Below are positions 39,818-51,111 of a DNA stretch of 64,000 nt, one piece after another. This stretch comes from Okamejei kenojei (lineage: Eukaryota). Both the position numbers and the translations under genes were made by a program. The notes under the pieces are model-generated. The model was not told the origin of the DNA. It made no database searches and saw only the letters and a list, made by a program, of their open reading frames with translations. Within the stretch, counting starts at the first letter, position 1, and each line of letters begins with the position of its first letter. The DNA lies in assembly GCA_035221665.1 (NCBI GenBank), contig CM069163.1, positions 22,072,001 through 22,136,000 on the forward strand. Reading direction: 5' to 3'.

Positions 39818-42423
39818 CTGTAAAAAGGACAAATTCATTCAGTACATGTGACAATAATAACCAACATCAATAAATCAATACCAATACTAATAACAGCATG
39901 ACGTCCACAAAATAAAGCTCAGAGGGTTGATGTGAATTGTGATTTCACAGTACATTTGATTGTGAAGAGGCATCTATAATCCGATATCTCGGTTTATTTC
40001 AGAAATAGAACTGCCAGCCGAGAGAACGCAATTGAGACAATTTCTGTTTTCTATCTTTAAGTCTCAATCTTCTAGGCCAGGGTACACCCAGATGCTCTTT
40101 TGAATGCAATTAGGGCGAACCGAGTCCACCACTCTCTATGCACAAAATAAAGAATCAATAGGCTTAAAATAATTAATTACAGGAATCCAAAAAACTTGGG
40201 ATACGAGTGAAGCACATTTTGGGATGGGACAGGCATAGTATTTAGTAAATAAATGAGACAACTGATCCATATGGTAAATGTCTCCGATGATCAAGAATCA
40301 ACAGGTCAAGTACTTCCATGTATTTCCACATACGATAGAAGTTTGTCGGTAAATTAGGAATTTAAATTGCCCCAGATTGTAGGCAAATGGCATGGGGTGG
40401 TGGTTAATGGAAAAGCAAGATGAAAAATTGGCAGTGTAGATGAATACTTGAGGATGAGTGTGGACATGGTGGAAGCAGGACATGCTGCTTTGTTACAAGA
40501 CCGACTTTTCAAGCACATTAAGGGAGAATATCTTTAAATGCCGTTTAGTATTGTTTACATACATACAAACAATTAAACAAGCAAGAGGAACCCCCTCTCT
40601 TTTGTGGCATTCCCCTTTTATTCAGACAACTCCAGTCACCAAATGACAAAATACAAGTGAATGTCAATATCAAATTAAGAGAGAGAGAGCAGAAGGAACA
40701 GCAAGCTAATATTTTAAACTTAAATAGTGGCAATTATAAGGGTATGAAACCAAAGGTGAATCTGTAATTTAGGTCAAGGGATCAGTCAACTGAGATGCAG
40801 TTTTTCAGAATACAGTTTGATCAATTTTCTGGCACCCTCAGTTCCAGAGCCTTTCTGGACTAACAGAGGTCACGTATAAATGAAATACACCCCTGGCCGG
40901 CTAATGACACCCCTCCCGTGTTTATAAAGCACCACTGAGTGCCAGGAACTTAAATGAAATGAATATAAAACGTAAACGGAGTGTGAATGGAATGACCTGC
41001 TGACCCATCCCTGGCTCACACCATCTCCACGGCTGTTTAGAGCTCCGGCTTCAGACGCCACTCACGACTTGCAAGGTGCACCAGCAAGCCCTTCTTCACC
41101 CACCAAAAGGACACAAAGTGCTGGAGTAAGTCAACGGGTCAGGATCTGTGGAGAACACAGATAGGCGACATCAGGACCCTTCCTTCGACCAATTCATTCA
41201 CCTGAGTTACTCAAGCACTTTGTGTTTCAGTGTACATTAGTCAGACATTGGTCAGCTCTCAGCTGGAGTACTGCGTGCTGTTCTGGTCACGTGGGTGTAA
41301 GTAGGTTGTGGTAGTACTGGAGAGGGTGGAGAACAGATTCACCAGGATTTTACCTGGAAAGGGGCAGTTCATTTTTCAGCTGATCTGTTCTCCGTGCAGT
41401 AGAGGAGGTTAAGTGGGGACATGATTGGGGTATATTGGAGGATGGCAGGGTAGATTACAAGAAACATTTCTCCATATCATAAGTAGATAAAACTAGAAGA
41501 CATAGGTCTAGGGTAAGAGGTAGAGATTTAGAGGGAGAATGAAGGGGTCTTGACATAAGCAAGTTGGGGAGAGTGGCCTATTTCTATGCTGCACAATTCT
41601 GTTTCGAAAATAAAGCTAGCTGTGGGAATTCCTATTTAAAAACAACTCTTATTGAAAGCAATTCCAGGAAACTGTTAGTGAAAACAAAGTTAATAGATGA
41701 GTGGAGCAGGTATTATGCATTAGGTGTAAGAGTCATTGAACTATATAGCACAGAAACAGGCCCTTCAGCCCATCTTGTTGACCAAGTTGGCATACCAGGC
41801 TTGTTCCTTTTGACTGCATTTGGCCCACAGCACTCCAACACTAATTTTCTGTTGCAGTTAAGTCCCAACACTAATTTTCTGTTGCATTCACACATTGACC
41901 TCCATATGTAGCAATGTCACAAAACCTACCTTCAGCGCCTTTGATGGGGGGGGGGGGGATTAATATGCGGGTTTGCATCGCTTGTTGGAGAGGGATTTCC
42001 TCGGGCTGCTAGTCGAAGAAAAATCGATCGGACTTCCGTTCCCGTTATTTTAAAAATGTTTAAAAACGCTGGACAATTTAATAGTTGGATGAAAGTAAAA
42101 TGTGACTTTGAATGCCCTCAATGCCTACAATGTGACAGATCGTAATATCAGGACAAACAAAAGGTAAGTCGTTTATTTCACATATAATCTTGCTTCTTGG
42201 GGTGGTTTTAATCTAATTTTACAACGCAAAAATGTTATTTGGGGCCCATACGAACCGGCAGTGTCTTTGCCTGCCGATATAGGGTTAAAATTCACGGCAA
42301 CGGCAAAGTTCCAATCGATCGCATTCCAGAAACACCCACCTCCAAGATGATTTTAATTCTCATTTTATTTGGACAATCATGTCATAAGAGGATCTAAATC
42401 GTCTATATTTTGTGTTGTCTATC

Positions 42424-42602
42424 CATACCTGCCAACTTGTGAGAATGAAAAATCGGAATCCTATTAGTCTGACGTCAGTGAGGGCGGGGCACGTGACGTC
42501 AGTGAGGGGCGGGGCACGTGACGTCAGTAAGGGGCAGGGTACGTGACGTCAGTGAGGGGCGGGGTACGTGACGTCAGTGAGGGCGGGAAAGTGACGTCAG
42601 GG

Positions 42603-42641
<39 letters not shown>

Positions 42642-42898
42642 AGTGACGCCGAACGCCACCGTGGCGGGGCGGGGTTATGTGGCTGCGTGCTGACGTACAC
42701 CCGTGCGTGCCCCCATAAGCGGCGCAGGCGCGGTGCGCTCTCTCGCTGTCTCCTCGCCGCCGCCGCCGCCATGGGTCGCTTCCATCCCAATTCCGAATTC
42801 CAATTTTTTTCGGAATATTGAGGAAAAAAATCGGAATTCGGAATTGGGATGGAAAAATCGGAAGAATTCCGCCCAAATCGGAATGGTTGGCAGGTATG
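42424..42898. mobile_element. MITE with 13-bp TIR and 6-bp TSD
   Basis: CATACCTGCCAAC ... GTTGGCAGGTATG; tctatc on both sides; subterminal AAATCGGAA repeats. Confidence 0.9.
42470..42650 (+). promoter_or_regulatory. 24-25-bp tandem array of CRE + GC box + E-box/HRE cores
   Basis: TGACGTCA at 42470, 42494, 42519, 42544, 42569, 42592, mostly separated by GGGCGGG; function not demonstrated. Confidence 0.55.
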
Positions 42899-43379
42899 TC
42901 TATCCATAATCAATATTTTTATACTAAATATCCACAACAGTTTTAGCCACATGTATTGTGCAAAAAATAATAATTTTGATTATATTGAGAGTGGATGTTT
43001 CTAGATTAATTTATGGGAATTAAACATTAAATTCCTTCCATCTGGCATACAAGTTCATGACAGTGAGTTTTAAAAATGTTATATTGTGAATTCTTGTGTG
43101 AATGGGATTAGTTTGTTATTTGGATACTTAGGCTATTAAAAATATATCCTTTTCTTAAGAAATGGATATATGTTTAGATCTAGTAATTGAATTTAGATGA
43201 ATTTAACTGATTAGATGAATTTAATTGATGAAACGGATGAATATTAATTTTTTGTTGGGTATTTACTATTTGTTTTAGCGTTTAACTTTATCATTTCTAC
43301 CTTTTTTCTAAAACTGCAAATAATAACTTGTTTCTGTTAATGCGGTTCAGTGTTTTTTTTTCCTTTACATTTTAAACAG

Positions 43380-43724
43380 ATGTCTCCAAAGAAGAAATGC
43401 AAAATTGTCAATCCAATTGCCCAGCAAAAGAGACTGATTTAGACAGCATTCGCAGAGATTACCCGAATCTGGACTACTCCAAATGTGATGAACTGCAGGA
43501 CATTCTTAATGGGAAAGTAATGGGCAGAAAGGCATGTCATGCGTGGTTTGAAGAGCAAAAACAAGTAGTTTACAATGCCAAAATTGAAAAGTTGAGGAAA
43601 AACAAGGTGTACAGAGTTTCTTATTGGTTGCAATCTGAGGAGTATGAGGATGCTACGGATTAGAAATATGCCAATGTACCAGCTAGCAACTGATCTTCTC
43701 CATAAAGACTTGGTCTATTGCTAG
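43380..43724 (+). pseudogene. Disrupted terminal exon of a transposon-borne gene, Tudor/Spin-like C-terminus
   Basis: Polypyrimidine tract + aacAG at 43378-79; frame VSKEEMQNC...GRKACHAWFEE...VYNAKIEK...YRVSYW...; stop/frameshift near 43661, then MPMYQLATDLLHKDLVYC-stop. Confidence 0.55.
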
Positions 43725-44453
43725 AAATTGTAATTTATTTACCTATCTGTTACGGACTTATATAATACAATAATATTAAAGCTCTGATCTTGAGAATTTC
43801 ACATTTTTGAATTTTCAAGGCAGTCTGGGTGTTTATTACTATTTCCGTCACACCGGTCAATTTTGTAATTAGCTACAATTAGGTAACTAACCGATTATAT
43901 GCTTTAATTTCATTCAAGTAAGATGCTTTATATTAGTTTCAGAATGTATAATAACTGAAAAATTCATTCAGTTCTCTTAATTTTTAAGAGTTATGGGCTT
44001 TTGACTGTCCTCGATCACAGCTTTTGTGTTAAGTCAATGGAAAAGCAATAGGGAACAAGAATCTAATTTCCGAGTATGAAAATGGCCATAACTTTTTTTA
44101 ATACTGAAGATATGAAAGTGAATTAGTTGTCAAATTAAACTTGTTTTTATGCTTTATCTGATGGGATAAATTGCAGACTTGATTTTTAAAATTTTGTAAC
44201 ATTGCTACCACATGTCCCACTTCTTACATTGTTCCAATGCCTCCCAACATAAGCTAAAAGAAGAACCCCTCATCTTTTATATATGCAGCTGTCAAAACCT
44301 AAGATCTCATCTCACAAAACTTTTTTTTACCCAATCATCTCGAGCTCCTATTTTGTTCACCAGATAGCATAAGACTTGACTACCCACCCAACCCTCTTTA
44401 CAACAACTCATTTTCCCGAGAGGCGAGTGAAAGCAGACCATCAATCTCCTTAC

Positions 44454-44571
44454 CTGGGGGAGCAGTGAAGGTAAAACTTTTTATGGATGCTGAGGATAAG
44501 GAGGAATCTGTTGGCGTTGGTCCAGTTTCAGCAAATGGCACTGCAAATTCTTTCACACTTGTCTGAGATCC
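44454..44571 (-). CDS. NUP214: NUP214 exon (~26)
   Basis: GSQTSVKEFAVPFAETGPTP...SFTFTAPP; phase 0-1, GTAAGG donor. Confidence 0.82.
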
Positions 44572-45134
44572 CTGCAATTTTAAGTAGAAATGCCAACTTA
44601 GAAATGACGACCTACTGCAAAGTGCCAGTCTGATTGTCAGCGGTGCGCTCCTTGTTTCTTGTGCTAATAAATGGCGTCAAAATCAGAAAGTGGTGGACAT
44701 TGCCTTTGACCTTCCCATCATTGAAGGCATCTACAGGTAGCGCCGAGATTGAAGTGGCTGATGTGCAGATATGTAATCTGACCAATTGGTTCCAAGATTG
44801 CTTAGCTGCGTCTACAGCTTGCAGCTTTCACCATTTAGTACATATGCAGCTCATCGCTGCCACCATAACTTTAGGTTAGGTTGGTCTTGCTACCTGCATA
44901 CCTTTCTACATTCTCATTGACAATCAGGTCAATCCAATCATCCTACTGAAAGGCAAGGAGATTCAATGAACATATACTCAGCTTGCAGCTTGTAGATTGC
45001 AAGTGACCGCGTGTGAATGCCATATGCACTGCCCACCCCTGAACAAGCACTGTACAGACAGACAGTTGCCTGCCTGCTATCATAAAACACAAAAGATAGG
45101 TTTTTTAACATTAGTAAATAAATGGTAGCTTTAC

Positions 45135-45210
45135 CTGTTTGAGCTGGTCCGAGGGCACTTTTGTTAATTCCTGCTGAATAATGTCTGCATTTGCAGCTGG
45201 TGTAGAAGGG
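45135..45210 (-). CDS. NUP214: NUP214 exon (~25)
   Basis: ttctttcctcAG acceptor, CAG|GTAAAG donor; ends DQLKQ (human NQAKQ); phase 2-0 fits both neighbours. Confidence 0.82.
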
Positions 45211-45303
45211 CTGAGGAAAGAACAAACAGCATGAATTAACAAAACACCATACCTAAAATACCCATGAATAAAAAAGTGCAATCCTCACATCACTGCTATT
45301 TCA

Positions 45304-45830
45304 TCTATACACAACTAAAACTCTGATCTTGTGCTTTTCCAGTTTGCGCGGTCTTTCTAGTTGCGCAAAAAAGTTATGCGATAGCGTTACGATTTTTCAC
45401 CAGCTCACTCACAGTTCTCCTGTGCTGCGAGTGCACCAAGTTTCGCACCAATCGGCAGTCTATTGTAAAAGTTAGCACGGTTTAAATATCTTAAAAACCG
45501 CCAGTGCGCAGCTGAGTGCAGACATAGCGGCAGCCATCAGGAACAAGCAGCAGCTGGTGAGAGGGGAGGGAGTCCCACAGTAACCGAGCACATTTTGTCA
45601 GTGGTGCAAGCCTGAAGGGAGCGTTGTTCCCAGGGGCTACGACACGAGTCAAAACAACAGCCCAGTCAACCAGACCGCGCAGTAGGTGAAGCGCTCGCTG
45701 GGTGGGCGTCGGAAACTACGGCTGTATGCAGCCGGGGAGGTGGTGCGAGCCGGTGTGACGTTGGCAGGTACATCCACTATAAGAAAAATTCATTATAAAG
45801 TGGTCTATTAAAACATGGGTTTATTGTACT
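45304..45830 (+). mobile_element. Helitron-like 5' end plus GC-rich body, ending in a Tc1/mariner-like terminus
   Basis: TCTATACACAACTAAAACTCTGATCTTG start shared with 1600; ends ...GGGTTTATTGTACTG. Confidence 0.45.
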
Positions 45831-45903
45831 GTGGTCAAGAAGAGATTGCAGAAATTACACACAGACAACACTCAAAGTCAGGATCAAACCAAAGTTATTG
45901 GGA

Positions 45904-46008
45904 GTACACAAAATGCTGGAGAAACTCAGTGGGTGCAGCAGCATCTATGGAGCGAAGGAGATAGGCAACGTTTCGGCCGGAACCCTTCTTCAGACCCTTC
46001 TTCTTCTT
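45904..46008 (-). mobile_element. Short Penelope-derived insert with intact minimal hammerhead core, 14-bp TSD
   Basis: Minus strand GT-CTGAAGA-AGGGTTCCGGCC-GAAAC-GTT-GCC (45967-45993); caaagttattggga at 45890 and 46009. Confidence 0.8.
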
Positions 46009-46537
46009 CAAAGTTATTGGGAATTGGGAGAAAGCAGTACTACCTGGTATGTCCCTTTGCCATCACAAGTTGTGGTAGCAACACTACAGTCACCTCAATA
46101 CATTTGCCATCATGTCATCTCACTATCTACTCATGAGTTTATGCCTTCAATTATATAGCTATCAACCTTAATGAACACGTCAGATTATAGAGAACCAATG
46201 TTACGGGTAGTCTCAAAAATAACAAAAGGATATAAGATTAACAGCCATAACTACCGCTTGCACTATGGTTGCTTGGGAACATAGAAGACTACATATAATT
46301 TTAGACAATACCAGGGAAGGAAGTAGAATATGAGGAACAGTAAAGCTGAAAAGCGAGAGCTGTCACCAAACACAGCATTAGTGCTGAGCATTATGCAAGT
46401 TAATGAATCCAAGCTACAAGAATCAAAAATTGGCCAATGTAATGGCAATGTCCAGGTTAAAACATCACTGTGAATATTTATGTGAAACAAAGGTAATAAA
46501 GATAAAAGGTGGTAAAATAACTTAAATTGCCGGAAAG

Positions 46538-46660
46538 GGCGAAATGTTTTAAGAATGTTTAAAGTTTGAAGAAGGGTCTCGACCCGATACGTTGCCTTTT
46601 TCCTTCGCTCCATAGATGCTGCCTCACCCGCTGAGTTTCTCCAGCATTTTTGTCTACCTC
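46538..46660 (+). mobile_element. Short Penelope-derived insert, mutated hammerhead, 14-bp TSD
   Basis: TTGAAGAAGGGTCTCGACCCGATACGTT; aaattgccggaaag at 46524 and 46661. Confidence 0.8.
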
Positions 46661-46779
46661 AAATTGCCGGAAAGAGTATTTTTGAAAATGTGTAAATCGT
46701 GAAAGACAAATTTCAGCTGAGCATTGACATTAGCTTGTACTTCCTTCTATTTCTCCCAACCAATACGTATGCAACTCAC

Positions 46780-46864
46780 GTGATAACAGTTGACAGAATT
46801 GGAGGCTGAGTTGTTTCTTTCGGCACATTCTTCAGTGCAGCTTCTGCCAGGGTAGCACTTTGAA
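46780..46864 (-). CDS. NUP214: NUP214 exon (~24)
   Basis: QSATLAEAALKNVPKE (human TLTESTLKNVPQ); phase 1-2, GTGAGT donor. Confidence 0.88.
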
Positions 46865-47937
46865 CTACATTTATGAAGAGAACAAATCAAAGTAAAAAAA
46901 CATTAAAAGAAGTTTTCTAGTTGCTCATATTCCATATCAAAACATTATAATTATGAAAAATGTGATCATACATACTTAAATACCAATGACTTATTTTAAG
47001 TAATGAAGTTTAATATACAACAAATATGCAAGATATATTCTGCATCCTATGCCGTGATCTTCAACTATATACCGTTTCCTCTGGGCTTCTGGTCAGGCAA
47101 GATCTTTAATTTTTTTTAAGATTCCCCCAAATCCTCACACAAACCTTCTTTGAACCTTCCCCACTTAAACAGCCCAGAATTTCTCATTTGCCGATCTCGT
47201 AACGGAGTCAATTATCATCACTCCTTCACAAGTGAGTATTCATCCAGCTGGCAGCTTCATGAGCTTCCTTAACTCTCTTCTTTAGGATGGTCCTTAAAAC
47301 TCCCTAAATCACAAGGCAATATATTCTTTAGAGCATCAAGTTTTGTCAAAATGCCTTGGGTTTTAAATGAAATCATTATTGAAATAGTACATTTATGAAT
47401 CAAATTATTAAACGATTCACAAAGCCAACGGAGTGTAATTAGGGGCCCAATGCTGGAGATGTTGGGCTGTAGAGAACACGGTCATTAATTCACTTATCTT
47501 TCCGGTGAATTTGGAAGACCTGCAGTTACAGCACATTGGTACTTTTTCCAGTGGCTTGAAATCCCGGATGCCAAATTGAGGGTCCAGAGGCATCTAGGAA
47601 GCCAGATTTCACTGATGCCTGGTGAACACAGAGCTGTGCTCTGGTCTTGGGGTCACGATCTTCAAACTCAATGATTCAGTTTATTTTGATTTGCTTGTTC
47701 ATCCCATGAAGTGCAAGCTTGGGGGTCATTGATGCCTACCTGAAGGACAGGCTGTCTTTGATTTAAACAATTCAGCAAAAATATCCCACCGTATGATAGT
47801 GCAGATGAGGTCCAGAGTACCATACCTATGCTATACCCAAATAGCATCAAATTTTATCAGTGCAAACACAACCATGTTGAACGACCCAACCTCCCTCCCC
47901 AATAATGTCACGTTAGTAATAGTCTGCAGTTTTCTAC

Positions 47938-48066
47938 CTGGTGTCAGATTAGTCAATTGTCTCCGAACAGCTGCTTGGGCTGCTGCCTGGGCAGCGGGAA
48001 CACTGCTGATGGGCTTCTCGGGAACTATCACTCCTTGCTTCACCGTCTTGCCTGTTGGCCATGGAA
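47938..48066 (-). CDS. NUP214: NUP214 exon (~23)
   Basis: KTVKQG...AAQAAAQAAVRRQL (human KTVKHG...QAAAAAALRRQM); phase 1-1; acceptor position less certain. Confidence 0.85.
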
Positions 48067-48541
48067 CTGATGTAATGGACAAGTCATTGGTCAAATTAAT
48101 AAAACATGTAAAATGATCCAATTCATCAATATATCAACATATATTATTATATATCTTAATATATCTTAAATTTTAATAAAATATTAATAATTTAATTTTT
48201 ATTTATTTTTAATAAATTATTTTTAATAATCCCCTTATGTTTTCAAAGGTTCTAATGACACTTCTCATTGCATTGTTTGAAAGATTAGGAGGACTCTCTC
48301 CGAGCAGTAATATATATCAATCAATGTCATGTCGTGATAAACTAGAAACAATTATCTGATTATTTATTGCACAGCTTTTGTAAGATCTCTTGTGCTTAAG
48401 TTGTCCACCACATTTTCATGTGCCAATAACAACCTCATATCAAAAACTATTTTATTACCCTTAAAGTTTGGACTTTGAAATGGTGGAAAGTGCAATGAAA
48501 ACTCCTGATGTTCCTTCATGCACCTGTACTCTGCCACATAC

Positions 48542-48766
48542 CTGATGTGATAGGGGGCTGCACTTTGCCAAAGGGTGTTGACTGTGCGGTGATTAGTGCT
48601 GCTGTAAACGATTGTCGCCTTGCAATAGGGGAGTGCTTGAATGGAAGCTCCTCTGGTCCCTCAGTCTCAATAATTGCCTTTTCTGCACCTGGCAAGGCAG
48701 AGATGGTCTCGTCCTCCAACTCCTCATAACATTTGGGGGATAGAAATGCTGACCTGGACAAATTCG
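48542..48766 (-). CDS. NUP214: NUP214 exon (~22)
   Basis: NLSRSAFLSPKCYEELEDE...RRQSFTAALITAQSTPFGK; phase 1-1, GTATGT donor. Confidence 0.92.
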
Positions 48767-49526
48767 CTGTCGGGGAGAATAATATACATTTCCACAGATC
48801 ATTCTCCTCGAAATAAAAAGCAGCAAATATATTTTAGTACCAAACAGCATAGATGCATTTTTTCTTATTAACTCCATTGTTTGTTGTATTGTGCATAACT
48901 GTCAACTTGATTTTCCAGCAAAACACAGTATTTGCTATTTATAGTCATTTTAAGAAATTTCCATCCACCCAATGACCTTCTGTTGGATTTCCAAATACAC
49001 AATTGCAAAACTGCAATAAATGCTAAACACAAACTGTAACCCCACAAAGGGGACCAGGAGGGTCTATGTGCGCAAATTGATTAATCTGCATTAATTAAGT
49101 GCCTATGGTGATTTCATCTACATTACCTAAAAATCCTAGATGGACAAATCACCTATGTGCTAATTGATTATTGTCTACAGATCACTGCAGATCAGTGGCA
49201 TGGTGTTTACAAGCACTCAGGTACAAGTTCACATAAGATGCACTACACCATATTGGTCACAACCGTACCTTAAAGTGAAATTACACAAACAGTCCACCAG
49301 AATGAGGCAGAGCTTTTAAGTTATGGAAACTAACACATTTGAAGATGGTTATAACTCAGTGGCTGATGTCAATGAGTTTTAAATGGTGACATTATTAAGA
49401 GTTACCCACAAGCTCCAATGGCCTGTCAAGTTGAAAGGAACATCATTCCATTCTAATACAATTAAAATTTGTATCACAAGCCTCTTTTCAACCTCACTTA
49501 TGATTTTTCCAGAGTATGTGCCTTAC

Positions 49527-49610
49527 CTGGTGCAGTGGATCGTACGGGTGGGGTCTGTCTTTTTGAAAGGAAGTTCCGTAGTTGCGATTGCTTCATTGGT
49601 GATAGTTTGC
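49527..49610 (-). CDS. NUP214: NUP214 exon (~21)
   Basis: [27 protein letters not shown] (human [27 protein letters not shown]); tttcAG / GTAAGG; not in the ORF track. Confidence 0.96.
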
Positions 49611-50512
49611 CTGAAAATACATTATTTAAAAAACGTCAATGAAAGGCACAGCACAAAACTCAAGGCCTGAATGTCAATCCAAGTGCATTTACAATCACAT
49701 ACTCCTCAGTTCACAGAAGCATACAAGCTAGCGACCGAGTCCAAGTTGACATTGACAAAGCTTCTTCCCATTCTGTATTCTTGAGATCCAAAATGTTTTA
49801 AAGGTTACAATATTGTCAATTTCCACTACCTGTTCAAGTAGCACATTTCAGATAGTAATCAGTTTAAAAAACCTAATTGCTTGCTTTATTTTGCACATCT
49901 ACTCAAACCTGGATCGCACAGCTAATGGAAAGGTATGTTTTCTCACCAACTATTATTTTGAACATCTCCCCATTTCTACTTCTCCACAAAAGAAAATAAT
50001 TTCTAGCACCTGGAATTGGTCATCCATCATTCCATTGTCATAAATCTCTTCAGCAGCTACACCAAAGTCCAGGCATTTTTACCCCCAAGTGTCATGTTTG
50101 TAATTAGGCAGCATAATCTAACTTAGATCCAACCAGGTCCATGTGGTTTTTATACTCTGATGCCTCTGTTGTTAAGATAAAGGAGAATCCACATGCCTTT
50201 CCATAGATTAATGGAAGGTTTAATGACGTGCCAATATTTTTAAACTCCAGGAAAAGGCAGCACCTGATCAAATGATGCTTATGATCCGAACTCAATACTT
50301 AAAGAGCAGATACTTCTATTGGTAAAAAGCAAACTGCAGTAGGGACTCATCACATCCCATCACCTCACCTCTCTATATTGGCCATCGCCCCTCAACTCTT
50401 TCTGCCCAAAGGATCACAACCTAGATCCGAAATATCAACTATCCATTTCCCTCTATAAATACTCAACTGTAAAATTTGTGGTAGTGGGGGACTGCGATCA
50501 TTTTTTTTTAAC

Positions 50513-50792
50513 AGCGGCACAGTGGTAGAGATGCTGCCTTACAGCATCACAGCGGGTACGATCCTGACTACGGGGGCTGTCTATACAGTGTTTGTATGTT
50601 CTCCCCGCTATCTTCATGGGTTTCCCCCCGGATCTCCAGTTTCCTCCCACACTCGAAAAACGCACGCGTTTGCAAGTTATTTGGCTTGGTAAAATTGTCC
50701 CTAGTGCGTGTAGTGTCAATGGGCAGGGATCGCTGGTCGGCGCGGACACGGTGGGCTGAAGGACCTGTTTCCGCGCTGTTCATCTAAACTAA
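50513..50792 (+). mobile_element. tRNA-derived V-type SINE
   Basis: Box A/B-like head, GTTCTCCCCG...GGGTTTCC...CAGTTTCCTCCCACA core, CR1-like tail with (CTAAA)n. Confidence 0.82.
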
Positions 50793-51025
50793 ACGGTGCC
50801 TGACATTCCATTCCCACAGCAGCTCGTTTTTGCTCCAGATTCCAGCAGCCTTTTGTATTTCCAGTTCTCTTGATAAACCATGTGGGGTGCAGATCTTTAA
50901 ACATCTTGTCCATGGTGAAGGCAGCTACAGCATTTGTGATATTGCATGGATAAAAATATTATTCATACAATATCAAACATAATCACTGCCTCTATGAATA
51001 TGCCATAAAAGTTCAGATGATTTAC

Positions 51026-51111
51026 CTTGGGTGCTTGAAGACAGCTTTGGTGCTGTATCCAGAGTAGTTTTCACCAAAACGTTGCGAAGCATCTCCAGCT
51101 CTGAATTCCAG
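51026..51111 (-). CDS. NUP214: NUP214 exon (~20)
   Basis: WNSELEMLRNVLVKTTLDTAPK (human FDSDLESLCNALLKTTIES); phase 2-1. Confidence 0.9.

Larger units (their letters stand above)
41909..44207. mobile_element. Non-autonomous DNA transposon with TAG termini and 7-bp TSD (hATw-like), containing nested inserts
   Basis: TIR TAGCAATGTCACAAAA / TTTTGTAACATTGCTA; flanks ccatatg / ccacatg. Confidence 0.8.

Noticed and set aside
41836-41887. 22-bp direct repeat ccaacactaattttctgttgca
   Set aside because: Simple local tandem duplication at a repeat junction; no sign of function.
42470-42600. Regularly spaced repeats resembling a CRISPR array
   Set aside because: The intervening sequences are near-identical rather than unique spacers, there are no cas genes, and the context is eukaryotic.
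50513-50580. tRNA-like sequence
   Set aside because: It is a SINE head continuing into the core and LINE tail, with no complete cloverleaf.
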